Source: Trichosphaerium sp. ATCC 40318 | Lineage: Eukaryota > Protista > Tubulinea | Direction: 5' to 3' | Length of the DNA stretch: 64,000 bases | NCBI GenBank assembly: GCA_038496445.1 | Contig: JALMLS010000220.1 | Span: 62,001-126,000, forward strand | Shown: piece after piece, positions 39,212 to 53,464 of the stretch | How positions within the stretch are numbered: the first letter of the stretch is position 1 | Layout of the letters: each line of letters begins with the position of its first letter | Notes under the pieces: model-generated | The model's database searches: none | What the model was told of the DNA's origin: nothing | What the model saw: only the letters and a program-made list of their open reading frames with translations | Translations under genes and position numbers: made by a program

Positions 39212-40188
39212 AAACTTTGGACGTTTCTCATAATGTAATAGTTATAAACAACAACATGATCAAACATCTTAAACAAAAATAACTACAAAACAAACTTACT
39301 TACAAGTTTGCGATGATGGGTTTGCGGATTGCTAGTATACGAACTCAAAAAGACTATTATTATTGTTTGCAAGGGGGTAAGTACTGTGAGCGTACCGGAC
39401 GTGTTGAAGCACACCAGAAGCTTTTATGCTTGTGCCGAAAAGAAAAGACAATAAACCCAAAAACTGTACTAGTTCAAGTGGCTGGGTGGCCTAAAGCCTG
39501 ACAGCACTTTTGGATATAATTCGAACTCAGCAGTCCATACAATAATGGCAAAAAAACTGGCTAAATGTGAGCAGGATTTGATCCATTCGGTATGGCCTAA
39601 GCGTTCATCTTGCCAGGAGCTTAGCTTCATGAGAACACAACTGTGGATAGATGCTAAATAAAAAGAAATATTCACAATTTACTCAAATTAACCTTGCAGT
39701 GCAAAAAATTGTACCTATTTTTCTAGTACCAACAATGACCAAGTGTTACACCACGATACCAGTTCACTGGAATTTAATTATTACTCAAATACCCTTGCAT
39801 TTTGTCACGGTGTTTTTATTGATTGTTGAATGTTTAAGTCATTTGTCGTATGTAAAGAGATAAAAGAACTCAAATTTAATAAATGGAAAGGGTCTCTGGC
39901 TACGTGATCCAGGGATCAAAGCTGAGCGAGAAGTATTCTCTCCTTTCAACCTGGTATTGTAGATCAACAAGAACGCACGAAGACATCAAAAGTCAACTTA
40001 TGATACACAAAACTGGCTTGACCTCACTGTCTTGTTCTCGCAATTTCTTTCTTTGTTTTTTTTAGTTTCACTATGAAACCATAAGCATCAAAACGAGTAA
40101 GACTTGACATGTTGGTAGAATATACTATTGGTAAACAACACCTTTTGGGACATACGAACTGACAGAATACTGTTTTTAGTAGGTTCAA

Positions 40189-41195
40189 TCATGTTATGAT
40201 TGGTGAATCAGGTACAGGGTTTACTTTTAGTCCATTGTCTAAACAGTATCTGTAGGCATCAAATTCTCCATCTTCGTTGAGATAAGATTTGAACGTTTCA
40301 TGCTTCTCTGTATCACCTTCTAAATTGAAATCAAGATCACCCCATAAATCCAATTGCTAACAAAAAACAAAAGGTTAATCAGCGAGAATCGTCATGGATA
40401 ATACGTCAAAAAGGTTTTTGCCAATGAGGGCATGGCCTTTACCACGTGTACTTGTTTTATTTTTTGCAAAGTTTCTGAAGAAACCATCACGTGCATTGAA
40501 AAGTTGAAACGTGATTTTTTTTGGAAGAAAACGAAAATAACCATGTTTGAAAGTACAACCAAAAAACGTACCAGCTTGAATCCTTTTTTAACATCTATAT
40601 ATGGCCGTCTAGCTTTTAGAAAAGTTACAGATTCAGAGTATGTCATATCTTTATATCTCATCAAGTACGCCAATACCACTGAAACTGAACGACATTGTCC
40701 AGCACGACTATTTATTTTTTTGTCAAAAAAAAAAGGAGCTTGTTTCGAACATTGCCGTACCAGTGTACTAAAATGACACCATTATCTGATAAGACTTTGT
40801 CTATATATGTCGTGCACTCCGGTAAAAGTGATATTAAATCTGCTCTATCATCATCCCATAAAGGTCTTGACAAGTGCTTCGAAGAAAAAAAATGTTAAAA
40901 TAACACTCTTTGACACGTTTGTACAAAGCTATTATGTTAAATCAGGTTTATTAGTGTAAAGTACCTCTACTGGGGCTGCTACACGAACCACTGCTGTCAT
41001 CGATAGTACATGAGTAACTTTTTTCTGATTACGTTTTAGTATTTTTGCTTAAAACTCTGTAATACGTACGCTTTCAAGGAAAGATTTACGTTCAGGTGCA
41101 CATACGCTGCTTAAAAATAAGCCAGGTACAATTTCATCTACGCTCAATACATTGTGCCTGTACGTCGTGCTTACAACACGTACAACATTCCCCAT
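40189..41195 (-). CDS. Dual-specificity protein phosphatase (5 exons)
   Basis: DEIVPGLFLS, VTHVLSM, catalytic VHCRAGQCRS (CX5R), AYLM motif, KARRPYI..GFKLQL. Confidence 0.9.
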
Positions 41196-41627
41196 ACCAG
41201 TTAAATCAAATTGCGTAACCCTTAGCCGAATGACGTTCCGCTAGATTCTTTACTTGAAAACTTTGTAGACGTCAAGAATTTTTAGCACGTAATGCGGTCT
41301 TTGACTACAATAAACTTAAAAAAAGTGTCAAAAAGTCAACGGTTGAAAGAACTTGAAACTTTGAGAATTTAACACTTGGGTTATGTCACGTGATAACCTA
41401 GTGTTCTACTAGGGAGTATAGGAGTATTGATTGATACTGTGGTCAACTACTTTGGCGACTTTCAATTTCGGTCAAAAATACACTTCTAAATTCATCGGCA
41501 CTGCTCAATACTTCCCCAAATTGTGATATTCTGATACATATTTAGCAAAACTTAAACGGTGTACGTAGAACCTTTTAATTTACAAAATAAGCTCATAACG
41601 TTTTTAACTGGGCGCAGGCTGCATATC

Positions 41628-41701
41628 TATATAAAAATTTGCTCTATTATCCTTGCGCGGCGGTGGGTGCGACACTCCGTACAATCCACCAAGCTTTTTT
41701 T
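41628..41701 (+). promoter_or_regulatory. TATA box followed by a GC-rich hairpin and T7 run (small RNA gene or structured 5' UTR)
   Basis: TATATAAAAA at 41628, hairpin GGTGG-GTGCG-acactc-CGTAC-aat-CCACC, then AAGCTTTTTTT. Confidence 0.35.
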
Positions 41702-41762
41702 GTAAACTTTTTTAGTAGCACGTGCTTAATTAGTTGAAGGAGTCTAACTTTACGAAATAAGA

Positions 41763-42450
41763 ATGTCGAGGAAACGCAAAAAACAACCCTGTGTTACGGA
41801 CAGTGAGCGAGCGAAACGCCACAGAAAAGTACGCTACAATTTTTTAACGAGAAAACACACGTGAATTATCGATTCGCGGATTTTGAAACTGTTCGATTTT
41901 TTTCGACTTACGTGCGCTTTGTTTCAAACAAAATTTTGATATCGTTGTCCTGCACAATGTTGTACTAATTTACATTTGTGTAGCTGAAATTTTGTGCTAT
42001 ACATCCAAGAAGATGTAGAGGAGGCCTTTCATTACGCGTTGTCCGAGATGCTGATGAAGCAAAGAAACTCAACATTGTAAGAGCGTTTTTTATAATTTTC
42101 TTGTCTTGTTTAAAACTAAATCCCTGTAGGCTGTTAAAACAACATATCGAAACTCTAAAGCTGTACTTTATCCAGGCTCTTATATATGTCCAACAGCTAT
42201 GACACAAATGTCTAGGCATTATGGAGTAACCAGTAAAACTGCTCTATTGGCTTGTATTTCTAAAAAACTAGAACCTGAACCCCCTATACTAAGTCGAGCT
42301 TATTTCGGTAGATTGTTAGGGGTCTTACAACATCTTATTCAAAACAGTGATTATGATATTCCACATGTTGATGGTTTCGTATTGCAGGAAACCCCAGAAG
42401 ATGAGAACATAGTTTTTTCACGACATGTTATTGACTTAGACTTGCCATAA
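41763..42450 (+). CDS. Hypothetical protein with an NLS-like N-terminus (3 exons)
   Basis: MSRKRKKQ start. Two GT-AG introns join in frame to ORF 42199-42450. Confidence 0.6.
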
Positions 42451-43382
42451 ATTTTTTTTTATCTAGCATGTTTAAGTTGCTTGTATAAGACAGCACAATA
42501 GTATTAGACGTAAAAATGACGATATTTATATTTTGTTTGCATTATGGCGCGTGATTAAATTGCGTTGTTAGATTGTAGAATAAAAACTAACGAGAAGTAA
42601 ATGAAAATTTTGAGTCAATTCCCACGTGGAAAAACGTGGTCATTCATGAACGCATTTATTGCTTATGACTGAAGCGCTTTTGAAAGTGATAACATAACAA
42701 GCTAGTTCTTGTAATCGTTGTGCTTTTTTGATGTCTCTTTTCTTTGTTCAACAGTCAGTGAGCAGCAAATAATGCCTTAAAAAATTTAACTATAAGTCAT
42801 AGAAAACAGTAAAATTTGATTTACTAGTATAGTACACAGACAGTTGTTTGCAACGTTTAAATACAGTACATCGCGCAGAGATTACAAATCATATTTTTTG
42901 GAGCCACGCTTTTTAGATTTTTTACCTTTCTTTTTTTCTAACAAACGAGATTAAAAACGCTTCATGACGCCTTACAAAGATACAAAAACCGTACGTTTAG
43001 GCGATCCAGAGGAAGAAGCTAGTTTTGCACTGTCTCTCTTACTGGATCCAGCAGAGCTGGATTTCAACCGTGTAGGTTGTGGTCGCGACTGCAAGAAAAA
43101 GGAATGTGAGCGAGTTCAAAGACTGAGAACTATTTTTCTGAAAAAAAATGCTGTAGATACAGATAGGAATAACTACAGATACGATACATACATAATAAAA
43201 TCAATAAAGTATAATGATAGATAATACATTTAAGCGAACTTGTCAAGTACACGCAAACTAAGCAACGAGTAGTGATAACTATTAAAGTCACATTACTCGT
43301 AGGATATGCTTAGGGTTACACCGAACGGTACTTGGGGATTTTTTTTAGGGCGACAAAAAGAAGTATTAGTAAACTATCGCAA

Positions 43383-46019
<2,637 letters not shown>

Positions 46020-46555
46020 TGTATATAAAGTGTGCTGTTTGCTGTGAGTGTACGAGGGGCAGCGATGCAGCCAACGGAGTGATGTGGTAGCCAAATTTAA
46101 CTTGGATGCTTTTTCTAGACCCAAAATTGGCGTACTTAATGAAACCAAAAAAGCGTCTAATACATTAAAAGCATGTTGTTGAAACGCGAATTACACTTTG
46201 TACTACGTCGCCTATTTTAAAACATTTACCGATCTCATTTCAAGTTATTCGTACTTTGTAGTTACGGTAGATAAACAACACGCGTAGTGACACGTATGCG
46301 GAGTTTATTGTACGCGCTCCGTGATTTTTGTCGTTTATGGTACATTTTGCTTTATTATTATTCTTGGGGGTTAAACTGCTGTCAGCAAACGACGCATTGA
46401 GTAAATGTATTGTGGTTTGTGAGTACTGCACTCTTTGAAAAAAAATGTTACCTAATATAACTTTCGCTGCGGTTTCAAAAATGTGTGGCGTATTTATTTA
46501 CAATTTTTGGCTTGTGCCTTTGTCACGATTTTAAGTATTTTTTTTTTTGGCGACG

Positions 46556-47097
46556 TCACTTGTTGTGCTTCTTTAGCGCCTTAAGAATGTCAAAAAAACC
46601 ATCAGTCGTTATAAACAGTACCTCTTGCATGCGAGTGGCCATTTCACTGGCGCCGTACACTCCTCCTTTCCTGTCAATAATGTCTTTTCCATTTGAGTCT
46701 AGAAATCGCACAACTGGGTTGTTCCATGACGGCTCTTTGTATTTTTTGAGCAATTTGTGGTTTGAACCAATAAGCTTGTTGTTTTGAACAACGATTGGTA
46801 TAAAATCATTCTCTATGGACTTTACAATCTTGTCGTTTGACAAAATCTAAAACAAACGAGTTAGTTATATTTTCCGCCGCTGTCTGGATTTATTTTACGC
46901 TCAGTAACGCTGTACAAGCGTAGAGAATCCATCCCACGCATACGTACGTTCTTTCCAAAAGATGTACAAGTTGAACATCCTGGTATCTCTTGAAACAGCA
47001 TAAATATTGGTTTACCAGTACGCTCTGCTTCGCTCTTAACGTCGTCGAATTCTTTAGCTTTATGCCAAGTTACTGTACCGAGTTCTGTTGTTGCCAT
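46556..47097 (-). CDS. Thioredoxin-like protein resembling the bacterial VPG(U/C)xxT family (3 exons)
   Basis: ELGTVTW..GKPIFMLFQEIPGCSTCTSFGKNILS..KKYKEPSWNNPVVRFLD. Confidence 0.8.
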
Positions 47098-47293
47098 TTG
47101 TTGCTGAGTGGATATATGTTGTTGTTAAGTGTTATTGTATGTTTGCGAACGTGATGTGACGCTGTAAAACGTTTTGCCTAAAAGTTTTCACAAAACCGTT
47201 TCGTTGTGGGTGTTAAAGTCATACTACGTCATGAAAGCCAGTTAACGCCCTGCAAAAACACTTGTTCGCGCTGCTGAGTCCTGTTGTGGTACA

Positions 47294-50200
47294 ATGAGTG
47301 AGTTTGATTTCGCTCCAATGGACGAAGAAGATTATCCACCGCCCATCATTAACGCACCTGACACTGTTGCCCGCAAACGAAGGAAAAAAGCGCCAGTAGA
47401 GCCAGAGTTTGAATTTGAACCAATAGAGGAAGATGTTGTGCGTTTCGCGCGTAAACCGCTCTTATTTAAATGCTGCAGGACATATTTGACGAGCTAAATA
47501 TTAAGCAAGTGGCTAATGAAATGTTAACAGAGCAAGTTTATGACTTGGAAGAAGAAATTGAAGAATTAGACGCTGCAATAGAAACATCAAGTACGTAGAC
47601 ATAAATGTAACTGCCTTTACAGGTTTTCAATCATTTATTTGCTTGTCACTTCTATAAATCAATGCCGATGTTTGTGATAGTATCTAACATGCGTGGCGAT
47701 ACTGCTTTTCCTATTTTAATTCGTTGTATAAATTGTCTAACCGAAAAACAGACGGAAAGTTGCTAGAGGCGAAGAAAGGCAGTTATAAACTAGAAACGGA
47801 GCTTGAAAGAGAAAAATCTAAGACTCAGGAAATGGAAATAATGCATGACACCGAATTATCAACTCTGCAACATAAACTACGCCTAGCGAAGGCTAGAATT
47901 GAGGTATAATAGCAGTTTAAAGGATTTTTTCAACACACTAAAACCTATCAAAATTTGATCATTCTGTCCAACAGTACCCCTTAGGAGTTGGAGAGAGATA
48001 ATGGCCGTGTTTCACTGGACTTGGAAATGGCGAAAACGTCGTTGTTGGCGAAAGATCAAGAGATTGTTGGAGCTCAAGTGTGTTGACATTATTTTGCAAT
48101 TTTATTTTTTCGTTGAATTTTTTTTCTTCCTGACGCTGTTGTACTTTTGTATTAACGTTTTATTTCAAGACAAAAGTCTTGTTGGAGTTGAGAGATGTTA
48201 AAAAAGAGAATATGAATCTAAGGAAGCAAGTTGTAACGCTTAAGCATAGTACGCAGTTAGCATGTGGTGTTTGTTTTGTTAAACTTTGTAAAGGTCAAAA
48301 ATCTCCTGTGAGCAATCAGCAGAACATGCCAAGTCTTCAACAAAGAAATCAGGAACTTGTACAGTGTATAGATGAAATGCGTGAAAAGGTATGCACATAG
48401 AGAGATGCATAGAATCACTAAAACTGCGTTAATGTTGAACACAATCACCACATTTTTAAGCGTTTATGTCTAACTTTTATTGTAGTTGACTACAGCACAA
48501 AAGCGTCAACGTGAAGCGTTGAATGCACAAGCAGCAGTGGCAGAACTTCAACTTGCGTGCAACCGCAAGGACCAGCGAATTTTTAATTTAGAACATGAAC
48601 TTAAGAAGTATTCTGAGTTCAAGCAACTTTATCCTTCCACAAAAGGTACCTTTAGCACGTGATTACTTGTTTACAAACTAATTTTTCATAGACTTGTTAT
48701 CACAAGAATTGGCTAGTGGAGAAAGATGTCGTGTCTTGGAAGCAGAGAATAACTTGTTACGTCAACAAGTTGAAAAAACTCAGTTTGCAAGGTTCGTTCT
48801 TTTTTTTGTTGACTTCAAATACTTGTCTCCTGATTGACTGTTTTTCTAGCGAGCGTGTTCGTGAGTTGGAGAAAAAAGTTGAGAGACAAGATAGTATGCT
48901 TAAGGAGGCAGTAGCTAATCAAGTTTCGACAGAGTCAGTACGGGAGGACTTGAAAACATGGTTCGTTGTTTTTTTGTAAAGATGTTCTTCTATTTTTTTT
49001 AAATTCATTGTAGGAGTACACTTCTTGGTGATATTCGTGAATTTCAGTCTCCTGAGCACATAAAGAGGTTTATTTTTGATTTACAGAATGAAAATAAGCA
49101 TCTCTTGTCGAACATTGCAAAGTTCAAGGCAGAAAAGAATAAAGTTAGTGATGAAGTTTCTTCACTTACTTCAACTGTGCGTCTTTTTTAACGGTGCCTC
49201 CAGACTAATACTATGTAGCTTGCGCAAAGCAAACAAGCCACTAGTGATATGGAATCTCTTTATAATAAAACAAGTATGGAGTTACAACATTTTAAAGCAA
49301 AGGTAGAGAGCATGACGACAGAGATTGCAAATCAAAAGAATTTTTTGGTAAGAAAGAAAAAAAAACGTTTTTTTTCATCGAGACTTTTTTGGCTTTTCTT
49401 GTTTGCTTTCTTTCTTATCACTATTAGAATACGTACATTGCTGAAGAAGAACTTGGTGGACAGAATTTGGATAAGCAGAAAGTAGAAAGAATCCAAGAAC
49501 TTGAGTCAACCGTTGAGGAAAAGAATAAGCTCTTAAAGAATCTTGAGCAGCAAATAGAAGAAAAAGTTAAAGATGTTGATGCACTTACTATTAAACTAAA
49601 TGCAACGATAAAAGAGAACGAAGATATGTCATCATCACTTGCTGTTTATGAGCACCGTGTTGGTAAAGGCGACTATAACCCGGAAGTGACAAAGGTAAGT
49701 CTTTTTTTTGACTTTTTTTTTTTTCATACAAAGTTATAGGTGTTAACTTTTAGAGCAAATCCTCTTCGTGAAGCTCAATATGACCTCCGTCAAAAAGAAC
49801 AGAATATATTAAGACAAGAGAATAAGTCTTTACGTAAAAAATTGGAGGCATTAGAGGATAATAGTGGACCTACAACAAGTTCAAAGCATTTGGATGCACT
49901 AAAACAAGAATTATCAAAAAAAACCAAAGCCTTGATTTTAACATCCGCGCGTGTACAAGAACTAGAAGTGTTTGAGCGTGAGCAGCAATTGAAAGAAAAG
50001 AGACTAAAGGAGGTATGTAAAATGAGAAAATCCGTAGGCGAATGGGTCCGAGGACAGACGCAAGGAAACACAAGTTTTTGCTTTTTTTTTTCCGAGCCCA
50101 AAATACTCAACTTGATATTTTTTTTCTTCTCCTGTTACCATTGCGTTATTATTGTCACTGGAGAATCTTTATTTTTATAAAAATATAGCATACATGTATG

Positions 50201-50597
50201 TGTTGTTTCGTGTATGATATAGTTTTGACACGTCGATACTAATTTGTTTGTAATAGGTCATGATGAAGAAAATAAGAGAATTCAAATCTGTCGTTTTTCA
50301 ACTTTTTGGGTATAAGTTAGAGTTTGCTGATAGTGCTGGAAAGGTGTACGTTATATACACATATCACACAGTAGTTTTTGTTTTGATATTTATCTCTCTG
50401 TTAGGTATAAAATAAGCTCACAATTCACTCGACCAGATGAGTTTTTTTTAGTTCAATACAGATCTAAAGGATTAAGCTTGGTTAGCACTGCTTACTCTGA
50501 AAAAATATCGGAATTCATACAGCAAAATATACAAAAAGGGTTATGTGTTATGTTATCTACACTCACTGTTCGTCTTGCAAGTAGATCTAGAACTTAA
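47294..50597 (+). CDS. MAD1: Spindle assembly checkpoint protein MAD1
   Basis: Long coiled coil. Mad2-interaction region KGDYNPEVTKVLTFRANP, RLKEV (RLK motif), KIREFKSVVFQLFGYKL, C-terminal LSTLTVRL. Confidence 0.85.
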
Positions 50598-50924
50598 AAG
50601 ACAAAACCAAAAAAACCTTAAACTGTAAAATAATAACATGAAAATAAAAAAAAAACTTGCGTAGTGGTGTTACTGTGCGTTTTTGCCAGGAGTCCTACAG
50701 GTTACTTTACCAAATTCTAGCGCTACAATATAAAACCTTACAGCAATTTTTTATTGGATACTGCCAAACCACATTCACTGAAAGAGAAGGTTGTAATGCG
50801 TGAATTGTAATTTCTGTACAGACGCGTTTTTATTTCAATATTCTGCTGTTTGAGTCGGCCGTTAAAAAGCTGGTTCAAAAAGATGTAAACCTCAACTCAC
50901 TTTCTTTGAACGCGAAATGTGTGT

Positions 50925-51723
50925 TCAACTAGTAAGGTCTGGCTTAGAATAATAGTATACTTGTAATACAACAAGCGAAGCATCTAAGCGAATTGTTAAT
51001 AAAAGCAACAAAACCGCAACATACAGTAAGTTTATTTTTCGAGTGTACTCACGTGTTTTAATAATTGCAAAGCTAATGTAGAAAACAAACCATAAAGGAA
51101 CAAGGCAATCAGATAAGCTTCTACGCGGCCATCCATCAAACGATCCAGATATGAAGTTAAAGAACAGAAGCAAATCAAAGTTTATAGCAAAGGGTATAAA
51201 CACAATAAACACTGCTTGTACAGATCACTACATAAACGAAGATATACAGAGAGAAAAGAAAAGGTTTCAGAAGTTCTTAATATCAATACACAAGTCTGTA
51301 AAGAAAACAAAGACAAGCTTGAAACATAAGGCCAGTGAAGATAAGTAAAGAGAGCCGCCTACTACTGTAAATCTAATTCTGTGGTTATCGAATAAAGGTT
51401 TCACATCAGCAGACTATTGATAATCCCACTGTAGGCAACTTCTTCAATTAGTTCATTGAATGCAAACGCCTGTCCTGTACAGGCACGATTGTTGAGTGGT
51501 TTGAAAATGTGTAAGGATCACCGTGGCGTGTTGTACGTAACATGTTAGTGCTTGTAGGGACTCCTTGAAAGAAAGAGCAAAGCGGCAAGATAACATACCA
51601 AAAAAAATTATGCAAAGGAGAAATCTCAAACACACCATAAAACGGCATCCATACTCAGAACTGGTAGTTTTTAATGTAGTATAGCAATACAAAGGTGTTC
51701 ACAACAGGCACAACATGGGACAT
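50925..51723 (-). pseudogene. Decayed multi-pass membrane protein gene, TMEM185/TMEM60-like
   Basis: Motifs FDGW..CLVPLWF and LLLTIRLD, but several in-frame stops and at least one frameshift that plausible introns do not rescue. Confidence 0.4.
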
Positions 51724-52065
51724 ATACTAGTGGTATCAATATTGAAAAGGCATTGCAGGAGAAAATAGTATTTTAAATCTACTACGGAAAAAAAATACCT
51801 TCAAAGTCAAAAAAACACAATAAAAACAGTTACAACGTGTTTCCCACGCGTGTGTGCGTGTATACAAGAAGCGGAACTGCTTAATAAAATTCTATCTTTC
51901 TGTTTGTGACTGCAATAGGTCAACTCACTAATAGTTTGTGTTGCTGTTATCTTCAACACCTAGATAACAATGAACTCCAGAAACACTTAAAAAAGTCTAA
52001 AAAACGTGATGTGACGAAAAGGTGCATTATGATTATTTTAGTTTTCTCTTGACAGATACGGTTCT

Positions 52066-52867
52066 CTAAGCGAGCTTCTTGACAACGCTTACATCAGCAC
52101 ATTGGTAGTAAACTGGTGGAGCGTTTGGGTTTTTTGTAATGTATTGTACGCCAATTACAGAGTGCTTAGAAGCTTTGCTACAAGAAAGAATTAGCTTTCT
52201 TTTGCCTATCAAAAAAAAACATACTTTGGAATCACAACTTCTTCAACGTAGAGTGTAAGAGAAGGACTGTTGGTATCAGGAATAGTCTAATAAGTGTTAG
52301 TTAATATAAGAGCTTACTAAAGTGTTAATTAGCAAACCTTGAGGACAGTAACGGCTTTGTCTCCAGCAACCTAAACAGAAAAAAAAAGTTAGACAAACGC
52401 AGTTTTGGTTTTGTGTCACAAGTAGAAGCGCACGTTGTAGGTAATCTCAAACATACCAGGGGATCCAGCGATCCAGTGGTTCACATTCTAAACGACAAAG
52501 CTTCAGAATAAAAAGCGGGAGAGATAGCGTTGTTTTGAGTCTAACAGTGTACGTACCTTTTGAAAAACAATACTGGCTTTCATTCCAGCGGCATACGCTA
52601 CTTTTGGGCTTTCTTGAGGCCTTCCACCACATGGTTCAGCGAGTAAGAAACAGTCTGGGGATGCTAGAGAATGTCAGAAAAGGCGTAAAACTGTTTTTAA
52701 AGAAAAGCGACATGTGGCGAGTTGGAAATGAGGTTTCGCTGTAGTATAGCGTAAGAACAAGTACCTGGTGTGTTAAGATTTTCCATGGTGCCTCTTTGGT
52801 GTGGGGACAACAGACATACATGAGCGGATACAACACAGATAAGTAGAGCGAGAAGTAGAACTTTCAT
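52066..52867 (-). CDS. Secreted LPMO-like (His-brace, X325/SCE4755-like) small protein (6 exons)
   Basis: MKVLLLALLICVVSA|HVCLLSPHQRG..PCGG..VFQKNVNHW..GMFEI..YYQCADV. His is the first residue after the predicted signal cleavage. Confidence 0.75.
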
Positions 52868-53464
52868 TTGGAAGTACAAGTTGTTGATGTGAAAAATAAG
52901 TTTTTGACTGGCAATATCACGTGTCTGCTATATTGGCTTGTTGAAATTTCGGTACAATAGGCGTTGAATTTTGCTCAGAATAGTATTTTTGCACCTGTAA
53001 TTTTGCGAAACATGAACATTCTTATACATCAAGCAATACTGAACATTTTTTCTTAGGAACAATGTTATTGGATTGGCTAGGCAATTTGGTTTGTATCATA
53101 TTTTAGGCCAAATGCGTTTCGACTGCTTCATGTCCTCTAAACCCACTCTCAAACTTTCAAATCTGAAATGGTAGAATCTTCCAGTATGTACGCATGACAG
53201 CTGTCTCGATAGATAATTCTTCTTTTATTCTTATTTTGTTGATCAGTAAAAATACTTAGTTGGCTGCTAATGTTATATGATTTATCTTTCACGTGGTATC
53301 ATGTACAACGAATATAGTAAAATTATCACCAAGTGGACTCACGTTGCTCTGGTTTCTTCCCAGGTGCGGATTAGTTGTTTTTACTTGGGTTTTAGCTAAG
53401 TAGTTAAGTGAACAGTAACTGGTAATTCAAGTTACCCTTTGTTTTCGTGTAAGGTGTAAGTTAC

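Noticed and set aside
39313-39660. Exon-like frames upstream of GH2 copy A
   Set aside because: Joining them needs a frame with an upstream stop and no start. At best a remnant.
50037-50050. GGCGAATGGG matching the 3' end of HDV-like ribozymes
   Set aside because: No upstream P1/P2/P3 partners or L3 motif.
50925-51723. Stops at Trp-like positions suggesting TGA recoding or A-to-I restoration
   Set aside because: A frameshift is also present. Conserved genes use TGG for Trp, and TGA ends the phosphatase, NDR and thioredoxin genes. Ordinary pseudogenisation suffices.
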